NCBI GenBank assembly: GCA_000388065.2
Contig: KB932201.1
Direction: 5' to 3' (one strand)
Length of the DNA stretch: 15,303 nucleotides
Origin: Fonticula alba ATCC 38817
Taxonomy: Eukaryota > Protista > Nucleariida
Shown here: piece by piece, positions 9,733 through 15,303 of the stretch
How the letters are laid out: the number at the start of each line of letters is the position of its first letter
How positions within the stretch are numbered: position 1 is the first letter of the stretch
Position numbers and translations under genes: made by a program
Notes under the pieces: generated by a model
The model's database searches: none
What the model was told of the DNA's origin: nothing
The model's input: only the letters and a program-made list of their open reading frames with translations

Positions 9733-9938
9733 GATTCATAGCCGGATCCGTTGTTGGCGCTCTCGAACCCAGACTCAGATTCGGATCCGGACCTGTTGCC
9801 GGATCCGGAGTCGAATGCGGAGCCGCCCTCCTCGGGGGGCTGACCGGCCCGAGTCAGAGCCATCGGCCCGGTGCCAGGGGGCATGGTCGCCAGTGTTACT
9901 GGCCCCGGCGGGTCTGGCGCGGCGTTTGAACCAGACAT
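3155..9938 (-). CDS. UBN1: Ubinuclein/Hpc2-like HIRA histone-chaperone subunit (HUN/HRD domain); exons (minus strand): about 9938-[gap]-7441, 7303-7100, 6860-6682, 6551-6364, 6140-6010, 5780-5663, 5529-5397, 5214-5109, 5005-3155
   Basis: All 8 introns from 7440 downward join in consistent phase with no stops, ending at TGA 3157-3155. The HRD/HUN signature [15 protein letters not shown] is followed by a hydrophobic strand (TCLLVLSG), and an NHRD-like [12 protein letters not shown] lies just upstream. Linkage of 9203-9938 across the 565-N gap is inferred from acidic sequence on both flanks. The start may be ATG 9938 (MSGSNAAPD) or 10055 (MSVALQ). The symbol denotes the family (UBN/HPC2), not strict orthology. 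Confidence 0.8.
3440..4230 (-). repeat. Lys/Ala/Thr/Pro-rich histone H1-like low-complexity coding repeats: 9-nt KAT repeat at about 4176-4215, imperfect 15-nt xxTAK/xxAAK repeats at about 3590-3870, 12-nt AAPT repeat at about 3453-3510
   Basis: Translation [14 protein letters not shown] and [33 protein letters not shown]; the nucleotide periodicity is visible (ttggctgtggtggcc, ttggtggcc, gtgggggcggcg). Confidence 0.9.
7112..7141 (-). other. HRD/HUN core motif [10 protein letters not shown] (histone H3.3/H4-binding motif of Hpc2/UBN1)
   Basis: Direct translation; matches the family consensus YDxxDxFIDD/N. Confidence 0.85.
7818..7856. repeat. (CAG)13 trinucleotide microsatellite encoding poly-Ala on the minus strand; a shorter one lies at about 4296-4320
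   Basis: Counted directly from the sequence. Confidence 0.95.
8638..9202. other. Assembly gap (565 N); other gaps at 814-1006, 5235-5280 and 11068-11112
   Basis: N runs, mostly flanked by C/G homopolymers or simple repeats, consistent with sequencing dropout. Confidence 0.99.
9415..9735 (-). repeat. Hexanucleotide (GAGCCC-type) tandem repeat encoding a (Ser-Gly)n tract with interspersed Asp/Glu
   Basis: Near-perfect GAGCCC run at about 9643-9731, degenerate toward 9415; it translates as SGSGSG... in the ubinuclein-like reading frame. Confidence 0.95.
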
Positions 9939-10369
9939 CTTGGTCCGAATGGAGAGGTGCTGTCGGAGCAGAGGCCACATGGGGCCGTGGTGCAGGGGTG
10001 AGCGCAAGAGGATATCCGCCTCCGCGACCGGTGGGCGCTGGAGGGCCACGCTCATGCCGGGAGTGCGTTTGTCACCAACACGACACGCGGCAGGCGGTTG
10101 GGGGGGAAGGCGAAGGGAGCAGGAAGACCGAGGACCTTGGCTGGCGAGAGGCAAATGCGCTGGAACGCGGCACGCGATGTCGACAGGGGGGAGGCAGGCC
10201 TGGCCCGAGCGACAAGCCGAGAAGGCAGATGCACGCGTGCGGCTGCGTGCTTATGCACAGAGACACGGAGAGAAAGAGAGAGCGTGCGGGCGTGCGGGCG
10301 CGCGCGCGCGCGAGAGGGAGAGCAGGATAAGGGAAAGGAGAAAAGGAGGGGCGCGCGTGCTTCTACGCG

Positions 10370-10410
10370 TGTGTGCGTGTGTGCGTGTGTGCGTGTGTGC
10401 GTGCGTGCGT
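10370..10410 (-). repeat. (GT/GTGC)n microsatellite upstream of the ubinuclein-like gene (CA-type on its sense strand)
   Basis: gtgtgtgcgtgtgtgcgtgtgtgcgtgtgtgcgtgcgtgcgt. Confidence 0.9.
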
Positions 10411-10989
10411 CGGGGGAGGGGGGCGTGTGGAGAAGAGAGTGTGGATGCGCTCCAGCCGCCCGGTGCTTGTCGCGCACGGCCCCCTTGAGCAAGAGTTAGC
10501 CCACGAGAGGGCCAGACGTGCGGCTCCTTCATGCCCTGCACAAACGCCTTGCCATTCGCCTGGTTGGCTGCCCCCACGTCAGCCACTTGCAAGAGGAAGG
10601 CCGCAGAGGGGGAGGGACCGGGGGGGGGGGGGGGGGGACGGCATGAGGTTGCGTGCCCGCCCCTCCCCCGCGCCCCCGGGCGGGTTTCCATCAGGGCGGG
10701 GAATATTTGAAATTTCGAAACGGCCACGCCCACCCATCCGCCCGCCTGCCCCGCGCCTTGCACGCCCTCCCCTCCCTGCTGCGGCCACCAACAGCCCTAG
10801 GAAGGCGGCTCCGTCTCCGGTGGGCCGCCTGTACTGGCCACTGTTGTGGCTCTCTCTCTCTCTCCCCGTCTGGGCGCCCCCCCCGACCCAGCCCCGCGCC
10901 CCGGCCACGAAGCCAGAAATCCAGTTAGATCTCCAGGATGGGCGCCGCGCCCGGGGGCACCTAGTCGCGTGATAGGTGCCCAGAAACCG

Positions 10990-11004
10990 TTGGCATATGG
11001 CCAA
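10990..11004. promoter_or_regulatory. Perfect TTGGC-N5-GCCAA palindrome (NFI/CTF consensus) overlapping a CCAAT box
   Basis: The sequence reads TTGGC ATATG GCCAA T. Function is unproven. Confidence 0.4.
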
Positions 11005-11210
11005 TCCTTCGCCGAAACGCCCACAATGGCATCCGCCCGGCGGATTCGCCAGATCCCCGCCCCCCCCNNNNNNNNNNNNNNNNNNNNNNNNNNNNNNNNN
11101 NNNNNNNNNNNNCCCCCCCCCCGGACAGCCGTTGAGAATCCACGCCTCAACTTGATCTCACAGGGCGCCGTGGTGGGCTTCTTTTTTTTTTTCAATGCCA
11201 GTCCATCTGC

Positions 11211-11280
11211 CCTCCCCCAGCCTCCCCCGAGCCTTCCCCCGAGCCTTCCCCCGAGCCTCCCCCCGGGCCTCCCCCGAGCT
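11211..11280. repeat. About 6 copies of an 11-12-nt tandem repeat (CCTCCCCCGAG-like) upstream of the RCAN ATG
   Basis: cctcccccag cctcccccga gccttccccc gagccttccc ccgagcctcc ccccgggcct cccccgagct. Confidence 0.9.
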
Positions 11281-11313
11281 TTCCCTACTTGCCCTTTCTT
11301 CGTCTTACTCCGC

Positions 11314-12829
11314 ATGGATCCCCGCCCGGCCACCGCGCCCGTCATGTTTGACGGGCCGCCTCCCGAGGAGGAGTGCTCCGGCTGGCTGTCGGACGATCAC
11401 GACGATGACACCTGCGCCTTGGCCATCCGCTTCTATGGGCAATTGTATGTCTGCTCCCGCCTCTGCCTCGTCAATGTCCCCTTCTTGCCGGCTTGCCTGT
11501 CCCTCCCCCTCACGACCATCACCAGTCTCTCACACCAGCTTTCATCCCTGCCCTCTCTCCTCCTCTCTGACCATTCTGCCAGCCCCACCTATGCCGAACT
11601 CTGTGCTCTGTTGCATTTGCGCCTGACGCCGGCCGGCGAGTCGGTCAGCCTCGACCCTCGTACGGCTGACATTGACCGATGTCTGGGTCTGCTGGAGGAG
11701 GCCGAGGACCCATCCGCGGCCGGGCTTCCGGCTGCCCTTTCCTTCAGCCTCCTGCCCGTCGACGTACTTTCGGCCACATATGTCACGCGGGTCGGCCGGG
11801 CCCGTGTGTGCTTTTCGTCGCCCCGCGCAGCGGCCGATTGCCGGCGCGCTCTCGACGGCCTGGGGTATCCCTTTTTCCTGGGCCGGGGTCAGGACGCCAC
11901 CACCACCTCCGAGGCATCGGTCTTCCGCCTGGCACCGGATGCCGCGCCCACGGCCATCCGGGCCTTCTTCGATATTGTGCGCCGATCGAGCCCAACACGC
12001 ATGCTCCCCTGCCTGTGGTGCTGACACGACCCCCGCTGCTCCCCCCCGATCGTTCTCTCTGCCACGTTTCCTCTCTCTGACACGCTTCCTCTCTCTCTGC
12101 CACGTTTCCTCTCTCTGCCACTCTCCTTCTCTCTGCTTCGGCCTTTCTCCTTGCTTTCATCCGCCTGTATTTGCCCTCCCCCCTTGACTCGTCGCCCATC
12201 AGGAGCCGGCTGCAGCCGGGGCAAATGCCTCGACCACACCCCCGAACACCGCCATTAGCCAGGTTCGCGCGACGGTCGACACCCTGCATGGCGATGCCTC
12301 CCCCTCCCCCTTCTCCTCCGCAGCCTCCCGGGTCTCGGCAACCGTCACCGCCACCACCGGTGGGCAAACTCTCCTGCCGCCGAGTCAAGATGAGACACAC
12401 TCCTTTGCCCTGTCTCCGCCACCGCCACGGCGTCTCACCGGCCGGGCCCCCAGGGGCTGGCGCCCTCGGCGCGAGGATGACCCGGTCGCCGGGCTGGCTC
12501 TCAGTATGCGGGCCCTGGCGCTGGAATTGCCGGAAGCCGCACGGCGCAAGCTGACCGCCGGGATGGACACCGGCGCCGAGAGGGGCGATGGCACGGAGGA
12601 CGGGGCGCTTCCCTGCTCGGAGAGTCTTCTCCGGGCACTGTCCGGGGGGCCTAGCACCGCCGGGCCCCGTGGCATCGATGGCCTGGCACTGGAGGGCGGC
12701 CTGACTCTCTTCCGGCCGAGTGTCGTCACCAGTCCCGGGTCCGGGCCCGGACCCGAGCCCGGTATCGACTCGCCGATGTCGCCGGCCGCCCCCCCGCCGC
12801 CGACCATTCTCATCTCACAGGCCGACTGA
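11314..12829 (+). CDS. RCAN: Calcipressin / regulator of calcineurin (RCAN/Rcn1 family); 3 exons: 11314-11444, 11583-11976, 12203-12829
   Basis: The exons join to 1152 nt (383 aa + TGA). RRM-like segment TYVTRVGRARVCFSSPRAAADCRRALDG...FFLG (cf. RCAN1 [33 protein letters not shown]) and IRAFF. It is followed by LLPP (LxxP), HSFALSPP...PRGW (cf. KQFLISPPASPPVGW), EDDP (ExxP) and a C-terminal PTILIS (PxIxIT-like). Donors GTATGT/GTGCGC; branch-like CTGAC/TTGAC. Confidence 0.85.
12054..12122. repeat. Intronic minisatellite, about 4 copies of a roughly 19-nt unit (CTCTCTGCCACGTTTCCT)
   Basis: Seen directly in RCAN intron 2. Confidence 0.85.
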
Positions 12830-12849
12830 TTGGCCTGGCTTCCTGCCGA

Positions 12850-12855
12850 AATAAA
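12850..12855 (+). terminator. Candidate AATAAA polyadenylation signal for RCAN
   Basis: AATAAA begins 21 nt after the stop codon in otherwise GC-rich sequence. Confidence 0.4.
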
Positions 12856-12938
12856 GTCACAAAAAGCACCAGCCCACCGTCTGTTGCCTCTGCCCCGGGA
12901 CGCAAAAGCATGGCACCAGGCGTGGCATCACCCAAGAA

Positions 12939-13050
12939 ACACACACGCACACACGCACACATAGACGCATTTACGCATGCACACATCCACACATAGACGC
13001 ATTTGCGTGTGCACACACGCACACATTTACACATCCACACATCTCTACAC
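12939..13050. repeat. Degenerate CA-rich microsatellite between the convergent RCAN and fungalysin genes, with an internal duplication (cacacatagacgcattt x2)
   Basis: Seen directly. Confidence 0.85.
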
Positions 13051-13241
13051 ACGGGAAAGGGGGGGAAACGCAAGAAAGGTGGAGGGAGGTTGTGAATTTT
13101 CCGTATATTGGAGGAGAAAGGAGGGAAGGGAGAACACAACGACAGAGGATGGACGACGACAGAGGGTGGAGCAGGGGGAGAGAGGGACACGCGCCCACAC
13201 ACTCACACACACACAATCACATGGAGAACCACCTGTGCCGC

Positions 13242-15303
13242 TTACAGGCACTCCAGGGGGATGGTGAAGTCCTCGGTGACACGGCCAAGGTTGGGGGCGG
13301 TGGCATTCTGGCCGAGACCGCGGCGGGCGAAGCCGCGCCAGTAGGCACAGGTGTTGGCACCGTTGTAGTTCACCTGGTCCGCCAGGATGATGGCGTCACG
13401 AGCCTCGGTGAAGGTCGGGTTGCAGGGCTGGATCTTGAGACCGTCAATCATGTTCTGCAGGAACTGGTTGTTGGCACCGTCACCCTTGTACAGGTCCTCA
13501 TCCCAGTGGGACTGGTCCAGCATGTTGCGGTAGGTGTCCATGAGCATGGTGCACCAGACACCGCCCTTGGCATGGACACCGGTGTACTGCGGGCCATTGA
13601 TGAACTCGAAGGTCTGGGGGTTGATCTCCATGTCATCGGCATACGGGTACAGGCGGATGTTACGGCCGGCGGCGTACTCGCCCATGCCGAAGACGGTGTC
13701 GCGGTTGTACTCCTGGCGCCAGCGGAGGATGATGGACATGCAATCGCCGATGCCCTCGCCCTGGCCACCGGCCTGGGCCGAGGACATGCAGTTGGAGTTG
13801 GCCGGACCGCCGGACAGGCGGTTGGAAATCCCATGGGCATACTCGTGGATGATGATGCCATTGTCATAGTCACCGTCCAGCATGGGGGTCTCCTGGTTCC
13901 AGACGTACATGCGCATGGTCGGGCGCTGGCCGTCCGGCGGGGTGGCAAAGTTGGCGTTGTTGTAGCCAGCGCCATCCTGGGCATTGGCCTGGACGGCGTC
14001 ATTGCCGAGGCCGCCCTTGCTGAAGTTGTTCTCCTGGAAGTTGCCGGACACCTCGTCGAAGCCATACTCATAGAAGACGTCGTGCATGATGTTGTTCCAG
14101 TAGAAGAGGTTGGTCACCGCGGCATCGAGGTTCTCCACCGGCTCCTTGGTGAAGTCGATCGGGAAGTCGAAGGTCAGGTCGGCACCGCCATCCGGGCGGT
14201 AGTTGTTCTCCCAGCCGGTACGACGGCCGGAGAGGTTCTCCTGGGCGTAGACATTGTTGCCGCGCGTGTCGGTGAAGGAGGTGCGCGAGTCCATGGCGTG
14301 CCAGCCGAGGGGCGACCCGGTGGACAGGTTGTGGGGCTTGTGCACCAGCTCGCGGTCGCCATCGTACGGGTCATTGACACCGAGAGGGTAGACCCGGTAG
14401 TCGCCGGACCGGCTGAACCAGTTGACCGCGAAGACCACCTCGCCGGTGGTGGCCGACACACCGACATCCAGCCAGTCCTCATCCTGGCGGATGTTCACAT
14501 GGTACACCAGCTCCACGCCGCGGGTCTCGGTGTGGACGAAGGCCATGCGGACCTCGATGCGGTCCAGGGACAGGCGATCGCCGGCGAAGAGGGCCACCGG
14601 GCGGGTGGCCTCATCCTCGGCGTCGAAGTCGGCCGAGGCATAGGCAATCGGCACAAGGCCCTCCTCGTCGAGGTCAATGCGCAGGTAGTTGGCCAGGCGC
14701 AGGACCGCCTGAGCCGGGGACAGGCGCTGGCGGTCGACACCACGGGCCAGGGCCGCCTCGGCGCGCTCCAGCAGCTCCGGCCGGCGGACGAAGGTGGAGC
14801 CGATGTTCAGGACGTTGCCATTGGCGTCGATGTTGATGTTGACATCGCCATTGAGGATGGGCACGCCGTTGATGGTCTGGCGCAGGTACACATGGCGGAC
14901 GCCATTCTTGGAGGTGTAGTCGTTGGCCACGCGGTACTGGACGTGGCGGCCGAAGCGGCGGGTCACAAAGTCCTGGACGCCGGTCTTGGCGTCGAGGCTG
15001 CGCGCAGGGGCGGGGGGGGGGTCACACGAGAGCAGGGCAGGAGGCGGATCGAATGGCGGTGAGCGGGGGAGGGAGCGGGGAATGCCATGCTCAGGAGGCG
15101 GACAGAGGGAGGCAGGTCAAGAAAAGGGGCAGCGGAACATACGGGATGGTGGCGAAGAGGTTGTCCAGACGAGTGTCGTGCTGGCGCGGGACCGCGGGGA
15201 CAACGTTCTCCCACTCCTGGGTCTTGAGGTTGTTGATCAGGAGGGCATTGCCGGAGAGGGCAAGGAAGATGGTCGCGAGGATCGCGAGGGCGGAAAGCCG
15301 GGG
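13242..15303 (-). CDS. MEP: Secreted fungalysin (peptidase family M36) zinc metalloprotease, 5'-partial; exons >15303-15143 and 14997-13242
   Basis: The exons join in phase across intron 15142-14998 (GTATGT...CAG). Hydrophobic signal peptide RLSALAILATIFLALSGNA; FTP propeptide HVYLRQTINGVPILNGDVNINIDANGNVL; PepSY-like segment. Catalytic domain TRGNNVYAQ, AAVTNLFYWNNIMHD..YGFDE.SGNFQENNF.KGG, NNANFATPPDGQRPTMRMYVW, HEYAHG (HExxH at 13847-13833), GEG third-ligand motif, and LKIQPCNPTFTEARDAIILAD..AYWRGFARRGLG. The start codon is just outside the window. Confidence 0.97.

Larger units (their letters stand above)
10056..11313. promoter_or_regulatory. Divergent (head-to-head) intergenic region and putative bidirectional promoter between the ubinuclein-like gene (-) and RCAN (+)
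   Basis: Gene orientations; CCAAT at 11001-11005; AT-rich island at 10702-10720; poly-T at about 11179-11192; C/G homopolymers; CA/CT microsatellites. Transcription start sites are not determinable. Confidence 0.6.

Noticed and set aside
7685-10330. 881-aa + strand ORF and the poly-(Arg-Ala) and poly-(Ser-Pro) ORFs over the GAGCCC repeat
   Set aside because: Alternative-frame or antisense readings of a stop-free hexamer repeat, artificially extended across 565 N; no evidence for dipeptide-repeat translation.
10701-10721. Heat-shock-element-like GAAATTTCGAAA
   Set aside because: Only two correctly phased nGAAn units; a functional HSE generally needs three.
12762-12820. Possible 59-nt intron (GTATCG...CACAG) at the RCAN 3' end
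   Set aside because: Weak donor (+5 C), shorter than every other intron here (at least 84 nt), and splicing would delete the PxIxIT-like motif.
13092-15062. 656-aa + strand ORF
   Set aside because: Antisense shadow of the strongly codon-biased fungalysin.
1-15303. CRISPR arrays, transposons, rRNA or tRNA genes
   Set aside because: The repeats are simple tandem micro- or minisatellites with no unique spacers; no transposase or RT motifs, terminal inverted repeats or structural RNA signatures were recognized by eye. An Infernal/tRNAscan search was not possible.

Overview
GC-rich eukaryotic genomic DNA with spliceosomal introns and four assembly gaps (814-1006, 5235-5280, 8638-9202, 11068-11112). 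It is not prokaryotic, so most entries in the supplied ORF track are exon fragments or antisense shadows. Splicing by hand with phase checks gives four genes. (1) An ASH2/Bre2 COMPASS subunit (+, 678-2861, 5 exons, 511 aa). (2) A very large ubinuclein/Hpc2-like HIRA-complex subunit (-, about 9938-3155, at least 9 exons, about 1,800 aa if the N-gap lies within one exon), with an N-terminal Ser-Gly repeat and acidic tract and a C-terminal histone-H1-like basic tail. (3) A calcipressin/RCAN calcineurin regulator (+, 11314-12829, 3 exons, 383 aa) with a degenerate SP motif and no TxxP motif. (4) A secreted fungalysin (M36) metalloprotease (-, >15303-13242, 5'-partial). Fungal-type splice signals, high GC, abundant microsatellites and an M36 gene suggest a GC-rich holomycotan or other opisthokont such as Fonticula; this is inference only. 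I see no clear new multi-gene system. The strongest leads are the H1-like-tailed ubinuclein, the apparently inhibitor-only RCAN, the complete absence of purines at donor position +4, and a perfect NFI-type palindrome in the divergent promoter. Family assignments rest on motifs recalled from memory, not on database searches.
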